Shown one piece after another: positions 19,340 to 29,229 of a DNA stretch of 64,000 bases; positions within the stretch are counted from its first letter, which is position 1, and each line of letters opens with the position of its first letter. This stretch comes from Armatimonadia bacterium. GTDB lineage: Bacteria; Armatimonadota; Zipacnadia; Zipacnadales; UBA11051. The stretch is taken from positions 21,920 to 85,919 of the forward strand of contig JBDKRC010000323.1 of the NCBI GenBank assembly GCA_039683575.1. The letters are read 5' to 3'. Position numbers and translations under genes: made by a program. Under the pieces are notes generated by a model. The model was not told where the DNA came from. It was given only the letters and a program-made list of their open reading frames with translations, and made no database searches.

Positions 19340-20440
19340 ATGCCTGATAACCTGAACTTCGTCATTCTTGGCCTGTCTATAACCAGCTCGTGGGGCAATG
19401 GTCACGCCACCACTTACCGCGCTCTTGTACGGGAGCTTTCCCGGCAGGGCCACAGCGTCACCTTCCTGGAGCGTGACGTCCCATGGTACGCTGAAAACCG
19501 GGACCTGCCGGACCCGGACTACTGCCGCACCTCCCTCTACTCCAGCCTCGAACAGCTCCATGACGAGCATGCTGCCGAGGTCCGCGACGCCGACATGGTC
19601 ATCGTGGGATCGTTCGTGCCGGAGGGGGTCGCGGTCGGCAAGTGGGCGCTTGAGCAGGCAACTCAGTTGGTAGCCTTCTATGACATTGATACTCCTGTCA
19701 CCCTGGCCAAGCTCCAGCGGGGCGACCACGAGTACCTCGCTCCGCACTTGATCCCGCAATATGATCTCTACCTGTCCTTCACCGGAGGGCGGACTCTCAA
19801 CGTACTGGAAGAAGACTATGGCGCTCCCGCCGCCCGTGCCCTCTACTGTTCTGTGGATCCGGAGCTTTACTACCCTGAGCCGGTGGACCTCAAGTGGGAC
19901 CTGGGCTACATGGGCACCTACAGCGATGACCGCCAGCCGCGACTGGAATCGATGCTCCTGCAGCCCGCGCGACAGTGGCTGCAGGGCAAGTTCGCTGTCG
20001 CCGGGCCGCAGTATCCGGCGGACCTGCACTGGCCCCCCAACGTCACCCGGTTCGAGCACCTGCCGCCCAGCGAGCACCGGCGCTTCTACAGTTCCCAGCG
20101 CTTCACCCTCAACGTCACTCGCGACGACATGACCCGCGCCGGCTACGCCCCGAGCGTCCGTCTCTTCGAGGCCGCCGCCTGCGGCACGCCGATCATCAGC
20201 GACTCCTGGGAAGGGCTGGAGACATTTTTCGCCCTGGGCACCGAGATTCTAATCGGCGGCCATCCCGCCGACACGCTGCGCTACCTCAGCGGCGTTCCGG
20301 AGGCGTGCCGCCGGCGCATCGCTGAGCGAGCGCGCAAGCGCGTCCTGGCCCAGCACACCTCTGCCCATCGCGCAGATGAACTGGTCGGCTACACCCGCCA
20401 AATACTCGACCGTCTTGCCACCCCGGCCACCCTCCTCTAG
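19340..20440 (+). CDS. CgeB-family glycosyltransferase
   Basis: SSWGNGHATTYRAL, APSVRLFEAAACG, HTSAHRA. Confidence 0.85.
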   Translation: MPDNLNFVILGLSITSSWGNGHATTYRALVRELSRQGHSVTFLERDVPWYAENRDLPDPDYCRTSLYSSLEQLHDEHAAEVRDADMVIVGSFVPEGVAVGKWALEQATQLVAFYDIDTPVTLAKLQRGDHEYLAPHLIPQYDLYLSFTGGRTLNVLEEDYGAPAARALYCSVDPELYYPEPVDLKWDLGYMGTYSDDRQPRLESMLLQPARQWLQGKFAVAGPQYPADLHWPPNVTRFEHLPPSEHRRFYSSQRFTLNVTRDDMTRAGYAPSVRLFEAAACGTPIISDSWEGLETFFALGTEILIGGHPADTLRYLSGVPEACRRRIAERARKRVLAQHTSAHRADELVGYTRQILDRLATPATLL

Positions 20441-20476
20441 TCTCTCCGCCTCTGCGGCGTCAGGTCCTCCAGGCAC

Positions 20477-20510
20477 AAAAAAAGGGCTCCCCAAAGTGGG
20501 GAGCCCTTCT
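20477..20510. terminator. Intrinsic terminator between convergent genes
   Basis: AAAAAAAGGGCTCCCCA-AAG-TGGGGAGCCCTT. Confidence 0.85.
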
Positions 20511-20527
20511 GCTTCATGTGGTGTTCT

Positions 20528-21475
20528 CTACTGGGACGTCTGCGTGACCTGGTCCTGATCGGTGCCATCCGGCAGCATTGTCCACAGCTCGCGATTGCGG
20601 GTGAAGGCAATCCGGCTGCCCGCCGCGTTCCATACAGGGTAGCCATCCGAGCGCGCGTCGGCGGTTATCGACACCGGGCTGGTGCCGTCCACATTCATCG
20701 TCCATATGTCGAAATCGCCGCGCCGGTTGGAGTGGAAGGCGATCTTGTTGCCATCGGGGGACCAGTTCGGAGCCTCATCACGGAAGGTGCTGCTCTCGGT
20801 GATGTTGGTGGTGGTCAAGCTGGCGATGTCCAGGATGGCAATATCAGTGTTGGCGCCCGACCTGCCAATGCCCAGTTGGAACGCGATCTTCGTCCCATCG
20901 GGCGAATAGACCGGCCACTGCGCGTCAGTCCCGGGGTCGTATAGCTCCGCCGCGTCCGTGCCGTCCCGGTCGACAGTCCAGATCGTGTAGTGGTCGCCGC
21001 CGCCCTTGTTGCTCACGTAGACCAACTTGCTGCTATTGGGCGCCCAACTCGGCTGGAGGTCCGAGCCGGTCACGGTGTTGTCGGTGATCCGCGTCTCCCG
21101 GAGCCTGTTGCCCTGGGATGAATCGATGAGGTACAACGACTGCGAGCCGCCGCCACGCCGCGTGACCATCGCAATATCAGAGCCGTCCGGTGACCAGGCC
21201 GGCTGCTTGCCACCCTCGTTGCTGTCATCCTCGTCGTTGGTGCTCTGCGTCAGCAGCACGAGACTGCCGCCGCCGCTGCTGATCGAGTAGATGTACTCCA
21301 GCCCGTTGCCGCCGAGGGATGTGAAGGCTACACGGTTCCCTGCCGGGTTGTAGCTCGTCCGGTCGATGACGTTCTGAAACACCGTCTGGTCGTTGTTTCC
21401 GCCGCATCCGACCAGCACAACCGCCAGCGCCACAACCAACATTGCGACCATCACGACTTTAGCGTTCCACCGCAT
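20528..21475 (-). CDS. TolB-like PD40 beta-propeller lipoprotein
   Basis: Lipobox LVGC; repeated PAWSPDG/PVYSPDG/PNWSPDGNKIAF. Confidence 0.85.
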   Translation of the reverse strand: MRWNAKVVMVAMLVVALAVVLVGCGGNNDQTVFQNVIDRTSYNPAGNRVAFTSLGGNGLEYIYSISSGGGSLVLLTQSTNDEDDSNEGGKQPAWSPDGSDIAMVTRRGGGSQSLYLIDSSQGNRLRETRITDNTVTGSDLQPSWAPNSSKLVYVSNKGGGDHYTIWTVDRDGTDAAELYDPGTDAQWPVYSPDGTKIAFQLGIGRSGANTDIAILDIASLTTTNITESSTFRDEAPNWSPDGNKIAFHSNRRGDFDIWTMNVDGTSPVSITADARSDGYPVWNAAGSRIAFTRNRELWTMLPDGTDQDQVTQTSQ

Positions 21476-21590
21476 AGCGCAGAGGCTCCCTTCATCAGGC
21501 AGCGGTCATGGCAGGCATGCCGCTGCAAGTCAGTACCGCATTTGTTTGAGACAGCAGCCGTGCAGCAAGGTTTCCCCCGCCGCACGGTGA

Positions 21591-21620
21591 ATTATACGTA
21601 CCTCTTCAACTACAGGTCAA
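21591..21620 (-). promoter_or_regulatory. Sigma70-type promoter for the TolB-like gene
   Basis: TTGACC-18 nt-TATAAT. Confidence 0.6.
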
Positions 21621-21676
21621 GCAATACCTCCCGCCTCGGCCGGGATCGCACCTGCCGGCAGCTAAGGACCAAGCCT

Positions 21677-22693
21677 ATGGACTCCAAGATCGGTGTCGCC
21701 ATAAATTCCTGTGGCTCAGTTGCCTATGAGCACGCCCGCGCCTACCTCAGCGATCCCCGCTGCGAGATCGTGGGCGTTGCCAGCCGCACCTGCAAGAGCG
21801 CCGAGAAGATGATCTCGGAGCTGGCCCTCGATTGCACGATCTATCCCGACTACGACGCCCTCCTGAGCGATCCCCGCGTCCAGGCGGTCTCCATCACCTC
21901 TCCCAACTACCTCCACGCCGCCGAGGCCGCTGCCGCCCTGCGCGCGGACAAGCACGTTCTGCTCGAGAAGCCCCCCGGCATCACCCATGAGCAGCTTGAC
22001 GACCTCTCCGCCGCCCTGCAGGGCCGCAGCCTCACCACGCTCTGCAGCTTCGTGCTCCGCTGGAACCCGCTCGTCGAGGCCCTGACCGCCCTGCGCGACC
22101 AGGGCGCCTTCGGCGAACTCTTCTTCGTCCAGACCGACTACTGGCACGGCGTCGGCAGCGTCATCAGCCCCGACCGCTGGCTCAGCAAGACCCAATACGC
22201 CGGCAGCGCCGTCCTCGCTGGCGGCAGTCATGCCGTGGACCTCGCCCGTCACTTCGCAGGCGATATCGAGAGCGTCTCGGCCTTCTCCCTCCGCCGCGCC
22301 GAGGGCTTTGACTACGACACCACCATCTCGGCCACGCTGCGCCTCACGAACGGCGGCACGGGCCGCATCAGCGTCTCTTTCGATGCCCCCGCGCCCTACC
22401 AGTTCAACATCGAATTCATTGGCAGCCAGGGCGTGTGCCGTCAAAACCGCGTCTGGAGCGAGCAGGCTTTCCCCGGCCAGGGCGACTGGGTCAGTCTCCC
22501 CCAGGCCGGCCCCGACAGCGGCGCGGTCTCACATCACCCCTTCAACGCCGAGATCGCCCACTTCCTCGACCGCATTCAAGAGGGCCGCGACGGCGATCCA
22601 AGCCTCAGCCACGCCATAGAGACCGCCCGAGTCTGCCTCGCCATAGGCGAATCCGCCGCCAAAGAGGGCCAGCCCGTAACCGTGAGACGGTAG
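21677..22693 (+). CDS. Gfo/Idh/MocA oxidoreductase
   Basis: SPNYLH...HVLLEKP, GSHAVD. Confidence 0.9.
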   Translation: MDSKIGVAINSCGSVAYEHARAYLSDPRCEIVGVASRTCKSAEKMISELALDCTIYPDYDALLSDPRVQAVSITSPNYLHAAEAAAALRADKHVLLEKPPGITHEQLDDLSAALQGRSLTTLCSFVLRWNPLVEALTALRDQGAFGELFFVQTDYWHGVGSVISPDRWLSKTQYAGSAVLAGGSHAVDLARHFAGDIESVSAFSLRRAEGFDYDTTISATLRLTNGGTGRISVSFDAPAPYQFNIEFIGSQGVCRQNRVWSEQAFPGQGDWVSLPQAGPDSGAVSHHPFNAEIAHFLDRIQEGRDGDPSLSHAIETARVCLAIGESAAKEGQPVTVRR

Positions 22694-22723
22694 GAGCGCT
22701 CCCCGGGCGGACGCTGCGTCCGC
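22690..22723. repeat. REP-like family E (GTAGGAGCG...GCGGACGCTGCGTCCGC); second copy at 36304-36356
   Basis: Identical 17-nt hairpin and GTAGGAGCG start at both sites. Confidence 0.6.
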
Positions 22724-22810
22724 CGCGCGATGGTACGCCACCGACCTCTCGTCGCACCTTTGTACGAGCGATCACTGATCGCGACTAGCTCCATAAGGAG
22801 CCGCCATCCC

Positions 22811-23797
22811 ATGACCTCCCGCGAACGCATCACCCGCGCCATCAAATTCCAGGGCCCAGACCGCATCCCGTACAACCTCCCCGCCCCCTACGGCACCGAT
22901 TTCTACTGGATCGGCCCCGGCGCCGACCCCTCCTTCGTGCCTTGCGTGAAGACCGACACCCAGTGGGAGGACGAGTACCACTGCGTCTGGAGCAAGCTCC
23001 ACGGCGACAAGACCATGGGGCAGGTCACAGGCAACCCCCTCACCGACTACGCCATGCTCGACGACTTCCCGTTCCCCGACTACCAGAACCCGGTGCGCTA
23101 CGAACACTGCGCCGAGGCCGTTGCCAAGAACACTGAAGACAAATTCGTCCTCGCGGGCATCCCCTTCAGCCTCATCCACCGCCTCGAGTATCTCCGCGGT
23201 CATGTCAATGCCTGGACCGACCCGTATGTCTACCCGAAAGAGATGAGCCGCCTGCTGAACAAGCTCGGGGACATTGCGATTGATGCCATTGACAGCCTCG
23301 CCGACGCCGGCATAGATGGCATCATGTCCTGCGACGACTGGGGCCTGCAGGACCGCCCGATGCTCTCCCCGGCCACTTTCGCCGAATTCTTCAAGCCGGT
23401 CTACAAGCGCGTCTACCACCACGCCCACGAGCGCGGCGTGCTGACCCTCCTGCACAGTTGCGGCCACATCGCCGACCTGCTCGACCACTTCATCGAGGCC
23501 GAACTGGACGTCATCCAGATGGATCAGCAGGAGAACATGGGGGTAGAGATGCTGGCGGAGCGCTTCGGGGGCCGAATCGCCTTCTGGTGCCCGGTGGACA
23601 TCCAGAACACCATGGTCAACGGCACTGTGGAGGACGTCCGCGCCTACGCGCGCAAGCTCATCGACAACCTCGGCCGCTTCAACGGCGGCTTCATCGCCCA
23701 GTGGTACGCCTCGCCGCAGGCCGTCAATCACTCAGACGAAAAGATCCAGGCCATGAGCCAGGAGTTCGTGGAGTACGGGGGGACGTTCTACCAGTAG
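22811..23797 (+). CDS. Uroporphyrinogen decarboxylase-like (MtaA/CmuA superfamily) protein
   Basis: MTSRERITRAI..PDRIP, DDWGLQ..MLSP, LHSCG. Confidence 0.85.
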   Translation: MTSRERITRAIKFQGPDRIPYNLPAPYGTDFYWIGPGADPSFVPCVKTDTQWEDEYHCVWSKLHGDKTMGQVTGNPLTDYAMLDDFPFPDYQNPVRYEHCAEAVAKNTEDKFVLAGIPFSLIHRLEYLRGHVNAWTDPYVYPKEMSRLLNKLGDIAIDAIDSLADAGIDGIMSCDDWGLQDRPMLSPATFAEFFKPVYKRVYHHAHERGVLTLLHSCGHIADLLDHFIEAELDVIQMDQQENMGVEMLAERFGGRIAFWCPVDIQNTMVNGTVEDVRAYARKLIDNLGRFNGGFIAQWYASPQAVNHSDEKIQAMSQEFVEYGGTFYQ

Positions 23798-23800
23798 TCT

Positions 23801-23877
23801 CTGTAGGGCGGGGGCTTGTACCCCGCCGCAGTGATCGCCCTGCGTGGACCGGCGGGGTACAAGCCCCCGCCCTACAG
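23801..23877. repeat. REPIN-like element family A (inverted GTAG REP pair)
   Basis: CTGTAGGGCGGGGGCTTGTACCCCGCCG...CGGCGGGGTACAAGCCCCCGCCCTACAG. Confidence 0.9.
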
Positions 23878-23906
23878 CTAACGTTACAACGATACAGAGG
23901 CCCGAT

Positions 23907-25277
23907 ATGACCAACAAAGCCCTGCTGATAGCGTTCCTGCTAGTCCTGACGATTCTACTCACCGGCTGCCCCCAGACCTCCCAAACCCAGGCCCCGACGG
24001 CCGGAGCCGGGCCCATTCTCCCCACCCAGCAGCAGGCCGGCGGACAGAAGACCCTCCAGCTCTGGACCATCTGGAACACCGAGCCCCGCCTCAGCGCCCT
24101 CGGCGACCTCGTGAAGGCCTTCGAGACCGCCAATCCCGACATCAACATCCAACTGAACGCCCAGGAGCCTGATGCCTACAAGACCGGCATCCGCGTGGCT
24201 CTCGGCGGGGCGCAGCCCCCGGACATCTTCTTCGTCTGGAGCGGCGAAAAGATGCTGCACAACTTCGTCCGCGGCGGCAACGTGGCCGACCTCACCGCCG
24301 ACCTCGATGCCAACAACAAGGCCTGGCGCAGCCGCCTCGTCCCGACCTCCCTGGCCAGCTACACCTACGATGGCAAGACCTACGGCGTGCCATACCTGCT
24401 CCAGACCACCTTCTTTCTCTACAACAAGGATATGTTCGCCAAGAACGGGTGGAAAGTCCCCACGACCTGGCCCGAACTCGTCGCCCTCAGCAACAAGATC
24501 AAGGCCAAAGGTATCATCCCCATCGCCCTTGGTAATCTCCAGAAGTGGCCCGCCCACCACTACCCGGCCGTCCTCGCCCAGCGCCTGATCGGCAAGGCCG
24601 CCGTCGAGCGCCAGTACGATCCCATGGGCCCCGGCACCTACAGCGAGCCCGCCTGGACCAAGTCACTTGAGATGTTCAAGCAGCTAACCGACACCGGCGC
24701 CTTCAGCAAGGCCCCCAACGGCGTGGACCGCGCCGTCGCCCGCACGCTCTTCTACAGCGGCAAGGCCGCCATGTTCTACACCGGAACCTGGGACTTCGCG
24801 CGCCTGTCCAAAGGTGGCGAGGCCCCCGAGGGCTTCTGGAACGAGTGGGGCTTCTTCAACTTCCCGGCCGTCCCCGGCGGCAAGGGGGAGCAGGACTGCC
24901 TCGCCGGCTCGGCTGACGGCTACGTGATCTCCTCCAAGACCCCCAACCGCGAGGCCGCCGTCCGCTTCCTGCAGTTCATGACCTCGGTCGAGCAAGCCCA
25001 GCAGTTCGTGCAAAAGTGCCAGGAACTCGTGCAGGTTGAGGGTGCCGTGACCGACCAGAACGCCGGCCCGCGCCTGCGCGAATACCGCGACGCAGTAAAG
25101 AAGGCCCCGTGCCTCTCCGCCTGGGCCGACACCCTAATGGAAGAATCCGTCGCCCAGGCCTACATGACGGGCGTACAGAGCCTGATGGAGGGCAAGCTGA
25201 CCCCGGCGCAGGTCATGGACTCCGTCCGCAAGCGCCAGCGCGAGGTAAAGCGCGACCTGCAGGCCAAGGGGCAATAG
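23907..25277 (+). CDS. Sugar ABC-type extracellular solute-binding lipoprotein
   Basis: Lipobox LTGC; PPDIFF, DGKTYGVP, YNKDMF, GKAAMFYTGTW. Confidence 0.9.
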   Translation: MTNKALLIAFLLVLTILLTGCPQTSQTQAPTAGAGPILPTQQQAGGQKTLQLWTIWNTEPRLSALGDLVKAFETANPDINIQLNAQEPDAYKTGIRVALGGAQPPDIFFVWSGEKMLHNFVRGGNVADLTADLDANNKAWRSRLVPTSLASYTYDGKTYGVPYLLQTTFFLYNKDMFAKNGWKVPTTWPELVALSNKIKAKGIIPIALGNLQKWPAHHYPAVLAQRLIGKAAVERQYDPMGPGTYSEPAWTKSLEMFKQLTDTGAFSKAPNGVDRAVARTLFYSGKAAMFYTGTWDFARLSKGGEAPEGFWNEWGFFNFPAVPGGKGEQDCLAGSADGYVISSKTPNREAAVRFLQFMTSVEQAQQFVQKCQELVQVEGAVTDQNAGPRLREYRDAVKKAPCLSAWADTLMEESVAQAYMTGVQSLMEGKLTPAQVMDSVRKRQREVKRDLQAKGQ

Positions 25278-25345
25278 CAGGAAGAAAGCAGGAAAGTCGC
25301 GCTTAACGCCGAAGGCTATGATAAGAATGTTCACGGAGGTGACTA

Positions 25346-25990
25346 ATGCACAGAGGCTTTACGCTAATCGAACTGCTCGTCGTAATCGCGATCATTGCCA
25401 TTCTGGCGGCGATCCTGTTCCCCGTCTTCGCCAAAGCACGCGAAAAGGCGCGTCAGAGTAGCTGTCTGTCGAACGTCAAGCAACTGGGCCTGGCCTTCTA
25501 CCAGTACGCCCAGGATTACGATGAGATGAACGCCAAGTGCTATGGAGGCCCCACTTACTCTTGGAAGTGGTATTACCAGGGTGCGAGCAATCCCGGGTTC
25601 ATCTATCCCTATGTCAAGAACTGGCAAGTCTTCATCTGCCCCAGCGGCAGTTCAACCTACGGCGGCAATCGCAACATTCTCCTCAGCAACGCCCACGGTC
25701 CGGGCTTGGCCATGGCCGCCATCCAGTATCCGGCTGAGACCGTGGTCTTCTCTGATGCCACACAATGGGCCTGTGACCCGGTTACCGGCCTCGGAGGCAC
25801 CTTCCGCTATGGCATCGGCATGACGCCCTGGTCTACGTTTGCGGCCCACGTCGCAGGCGGGTGCACCGGCGGCGGCTGCATGCTACCCCGCCACAACGAC
25901 ATGACTAACATCGCCTTCGCCGATGGTCATGCCAAGGCCATGAAGCCAGAGGCCACCGAGAAGCCTGTGAACATGTGGGACATCAACTAA
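25346..25990 (+). CDS. Prepilin-type N-terminal methylation / DUF1559 / H-X9-DG protein
   Basis: [49 protein letters not shown]. Confidence 0.9.
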   Translation: MHRGFTLIELLVVIAIIAILAAILFPVFAKAREKARQSSCLSNVKQLGLAFYQYAQDYDEMNAKCYGGPTYSWKWYYQGASNPGFIYPYVKNWQVFICPSGSSTYGGNRNILLSNAHGPGLAMAAIQYPAETVVFSDATQWACDPVTGLGGTFRYGIGMTPWSTFAAHVAGGCTGGGCMLPRHNDMTNIAFADGHAKAMKPEATEKPVNMWDIN

Positions 25991-26016
25991 CGCCAGTAAC
26001 CAGCAAGACCAGAAAG

Positions 26017-26050
26017 AAAGGCCCTGGCAGCGATGCCAGGGCTTTTCTTT
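26017..26050 (+). terminator. Intrinsic terminator
   Basis: GCCCTGGCA-GCGA-TGCCAGGGC followed by TTTTCTTT. Confidence 0.85.
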
Positions 26051-26141
26051 GCCGTGGCAGCAGGCCGTGAACGTCCCTGGCAGGAAGCCTCACCCCGCAC
26101 CGCGAATACGTAATTACCGACTATTCCTGGAGGTGGTACGC

Positions 26142-26783
26142 ATGCGCAGGGGCTTTACGCTTATCGAGTTGTTGGTCGTAATCGCGATCATTGCCATTTT
26201 GGCCGCGATTCTGTTCCCGGTCTTCGCCAAGGCCCGTGAAAAGGCCCGTCAGACGAGCTGTCTGTCCAACGTCAAGCAACTAGGCCTCGCCTTCTACCAG
26301 TACGCCCAGGACTATGACGAGGTCAACTGCAAGTGCTACAACGGCCCAACCTACTCGTGGCGTTGGTACTACAATGGCACCGCCAACCCCGGCATGCTGT
26401 ATCCGTACATCAACAACTGGCAGGTCTTCCTGTGCCCTAGCGGCGGCGCCTATGGCAGCAACCGCAACGTCGTCGCCGCCAACAACTACGGCTCCGGCGT
26501 AGCCATGGCCTCCATTCAGTACCCGGCCGAAACCGTCGTCTTCGCCGACTGCACGTGGTGGAACTGCGATCCGGTCACCGGGCTGGGTGGCAGCTTTGTC
26601 TATGGCGTGGGCATGGTCGAGGCGTCTCGCTTCGCCTGGTCTCTGGCTGGCGGGTGCAAGGGCGGCGGCGTAATGCTTGCTCGCCATAACGAGATGACCA
26701 ACGTAGCCTTCGCCGATGGTCATGCCAAGGCCATGAAGCCGGCCGCCACCGAGAAACCCGTGACCATGTGGGACCTTAACTGA
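26142..26783 (+). CDS. Prepilin-type DUF1559 / H-X9-DG protein (tandem paralog)
   Basis: Same motifs as the upstream copy; GGAGGTG SD before ATG 26142. Confidence 0.9.
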   Translation: MRRGFTLIELLVVIAIIAILAAILFPVFAKAREKARQTSCLSNVKQLGLAFYQYAQDYDEVNCKCYNGPTYSWRWYYNGTANPGMLYPYINNWQVFLCPSGGAYGSNRNVVAANNYGSGVAMASIQYPAETVVFADCTWWNCDPVTGLGGSFVYGVGMVEASRFAWSLAGGCKGGGVMLARHNEMTNVAFADGHAKAMKPAATEKPVTMWDLN

Positions 26784-26803
26784 CTCAAAACCACCAGAAC
26801 CAC

Positions 26804-26840
26804 AAAGGCCCTGGCAGCAATGCCAGGGCCTTCTGTTATT
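26804..26840 (+). terminator. Intrinsic terminator, near copy of the one at 26017
   Basis: AAGGCCCTGGCA-GCAA-TGCCAGGGCCTT. Confidence 0.8.
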
Positions 26841-26865
26841 CCCTTGACTTGATACTTCCCCCGTA

Positions 26866-27717
26866 CTAGACCGCCGCTACCCCCGCGCCGACTGCCTTAG
26901 CCAGCGACTGGAAGATCGCCATGCCCGGCCCAGGTCCGGTCATCGCACAGGCGTTGCCCCAGGCCTCTTCCTTCAGGTCGGCCCACTGACCGCCCAGTTC
27001 GCCCGGAATCTGCCGCAGGAAGCTCGCCCGCTCCGGATGGGGCATCATGCCCAGAACATTGCCGTCAGGGCTGCACAGGCCGGCAATATTGGCCATCGCG
27101 CCGTTGGGGTTGACCTCACGGTCTTCCGTGACGTTGCCATTCTCGTCGCAGTACTGGAAGACGATCTGGTCGTTCTCCCGCAGTTGGTCGATAAGCTCGG
27201 GGTCACTGGTGGTGAAGCGACCCTCACCGTGCGCAATCGGGATCGGGAAGACTTCACCAGTGGGGATCTCGGTGGTCAGCGCGCAGCGGCCCTGCGCCGC
27301 CGAATGCTTCAGGTACACCCACCGGCAGCAGAACCCTGCGATGCGGTGCTCCGGGTCGTGGAAGTTGGGCGCGAGGCCCATCTCGACGTTGCCGGGGTTC
27401 AGACCGGGGATCAGACCGGCCTCGATCAGCACCTGTGCGCCGTTGCAAATACCCAGAACGGGCTTGCCCTGCGCGGTGACCTGCTGGAAAACGGTCTTCA
27501 TGATCGGCTCTTTGGTGGCGATGACGCCGGAGCGCACGCGGTCCTGGTATGAGAAACCGCCGCCGATGATGTAGCCGTCATATTCCGGAAGTGCCGAAGG
27601 GTCGCGATTCCAGCGGAAGACATCGCAGACCAGCCCCACGGCCTCAGCCGCGCGCTTGGTCTCCCATTCGCAGTTGGAACCGGGGAATTGGATCAAAGCA
27701 ATACGTTTGTCAGCCAT
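26866..27717 (-). CDS. purQ: Phosphoribosylformylglycinamidine synthase subunit PurQ
   Basis: FPGSNC, GGFSYQD, LGICNGAQ, PIAHGEG, NPNG, GMMPHPER. Confidence 0.93.
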   Translation of the reverse strand: MADKRIALIQFPGSNCEWETKRAAEAVGLVCDVFRWNRDPSALPEYDGYIIGGGFSYQDRVRSGVIATKEPIMKTVFQQVTAQGKPVLGICNGAQVLIEAGLIPGLNPGNVEMGLAPNFHDPEHRIAGFCCRWVYLKHSAAQGRCALTTEIPTGEVFPIPIAHGEGRFTTSDPELIDQLRENDQIVFQYCDENGNVTEDREVNPNGAMANIAGLCSPDGNVLGMMPHPERASFLRQIPGELGGQWADLKEEAWGNACAMTGPGPGMAIFQSLAKAVGAGVAAV

Positions 27718-27852
27718 AACATGCACCTGCTTGAGAAGTACGCAGCCCCCATATTAGAACGAAAGCCCGGCGAAGGCAAGGGGGCCAGGCGGCGATTCTG
27801 CGTCCGGGCATACGGTGCGATCCAGTCCACTCACGCGGCCCCGTCGCCCCTT

Positions 27853-27880
27853 TGTCATGCTGAACGAAGTGAAGCATCTC
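27853..27880. repeat. Repeat family C (TGTCATnCTGAnCGAAGnGAAG), single arm
   Basis: Matches copies at 33866, 44216 and 59730. Confidence 0.75.
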
Positions 27881-28280
27881 CCCTCTTCCGGCCCCTGACC
27901 GAACACTCAGCCCCGATCAGACGTCCACAACCTGTCGCCGCCTGCTCATCATGATGAAGATGCTCTGCCGGGACAAACGCGAAACATCTTGGCCCTCTGG
28001 AGCAACTATCCTCTGTAATACATGCGGCAGCATGCCGGGCACAACCTGCCCAAGTACCTTCGAGGTGTCTGCCATGCGGTCATTTCTTCTGCGAGAGTTC
28101 TGCCCCCCAAAGCCGCTCCAGAGCCCGGAACGGCGCTCTCACGGCGAATCTGTCAAGACGCGCGCCCTCTTGCGGAGCAATCTCATGTACGGCTGGCCCG
28201 CCTGCGTGGCAAGGACGCCCTGCCACCGCCATTAGTCGCGGTCCCCTCCCGATTCAGTCCTCGCTCAAGGCATCCTCAAC

Positions 28281-28310
28281 TTGACACTTCCCTCACCTGC
28301 CCGCTATAAT
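28281..28310 (+). promoter_or_regulatory. Consensus sigma70 promoter
   Basis: TTGACA-18 nt-TATAAT. Confidence 0.75.
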
Positions 28311-28392
28311 CTTATCAAATTGTGCGTCGGGGTTGGACGGTCGTCGCACGATGCAAGATCAACACAATGCTGTCTGAGGAGGCGTCAGTTCG

Positions 28393-29094
28393 ATGGCCGA
28401 TACTCCCAATACTCCCCGTGACGTCGATGACATTAGCCTTGACGATGCCCGACCCGCGAAGAAGAGCGGCAAGGCTGCGGGCATTCTTCTGCTGTTGGTG
28501 CTGATTGGCATCGTACTCCTGGTCTGGTGGTTCAGCGCGGAAGCCAAGCGCGCCGCTGAAGAGCGCCAGAAGGCCGAGACGGCCCGTCAGGCCCAGCTCA
28601 CGATGGTCCAGGGCAACATCTCCGACGCAGTCGCCGCCGGCGAGGCTGGCAACGTGGACCTCGCCCTCAACAAGCTGCAGATCGCCGAGGACAAGCTCGG
28701 CCAGATGATCTCCGCCGCCAACAGCGAGAACAACCAGCAAGCGGCGCAGGAAGCCTATACCAAGCGCCAGTTCGTCATCGACGCCCGCAAGGCCATTGAA
28801 GAAGAGCAGACGCGCTTCCGCTCGGTAGTCAACGAGAAGCTCGGTAGCCTGCGGGCGGCCTTTGGCGTGGCCCAGTCTATCCCTTCCGCCACGCCCGCAA
28901 CCGAAGGCACCACGGGTACCACGCCTGCGCCCGGCGCAGGTGTAGTCGCCCCCAACCCTGAGGCCCCGATCTCTCCCGAGGCCCCGCAGGTAGCCCCGGT
29001 TCCTGGCGCTGCGGCTCCGGCTGCCCCGGGCGCGACGCCGGCCGCCCCGGCGGCTCCCGCCGCTGCGGCTCCGGCTACCCCGGCCGCCAGCTAG
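28393..29094 (+). CDS. Hypothetical membrane-anchored helical protein with Pro/Ala-rich tail
   Basis: GAGGAGG SD; one TM; low-complexity C-terminus. Confidence 0.75.
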   Translation: MADTPNTPRDVDDISLDDARPAKKSGKAAGILLLLVLIGIVLLVWWFSAEAKRAAEERQKAETARQAQLTMVQGNISDAVAAGEAGNVDLALNKLQIAEDKLGQMISAANSENNQQAAQEAYTKRQFVIDARKAIEEEQTRFRSVVNEKLGSLRAAFGVAQSIPSATPATEGTTGTTPAPGAGVVAPNPEAPISPEAPQVAPVPGAAAPAAPGATPAAPAAPAAAAPATPAAS

Positions 29095-29229
29095 CGCGCC
29101 GCTGAAACAAATCGTTCTGTTCCGGCCTGGCGGGGTCTCGCACCCCGCCAGCCGCTCACCGACCAGTTTTCCAGCGGGGCACCAGCCCCCGCTGCAGAGG
29201 GTCCCTCAGGGGTCTTCAGGAGGCTATCT

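Noticed and set aside
26866-27717. purQ without adjacent purS/purL
   Set aside because: Scattered pur genes are common
27726-27850. Possible ZTP or purine riboswitch upstream of purQ
   Set aside because: Only scattered short matches (GACTGG, CGCCTGG); spacing and stems do not fit
27951-28309. Cys-containing 94-95 aa ORFs
   Set aside because: No SD, no recognisable motif, and one overlaps a strong promoter
28880-29094. Pro/Ala repeats at the end of the membrane protein gene
   Set aside because: Ordinary low-complexity tail
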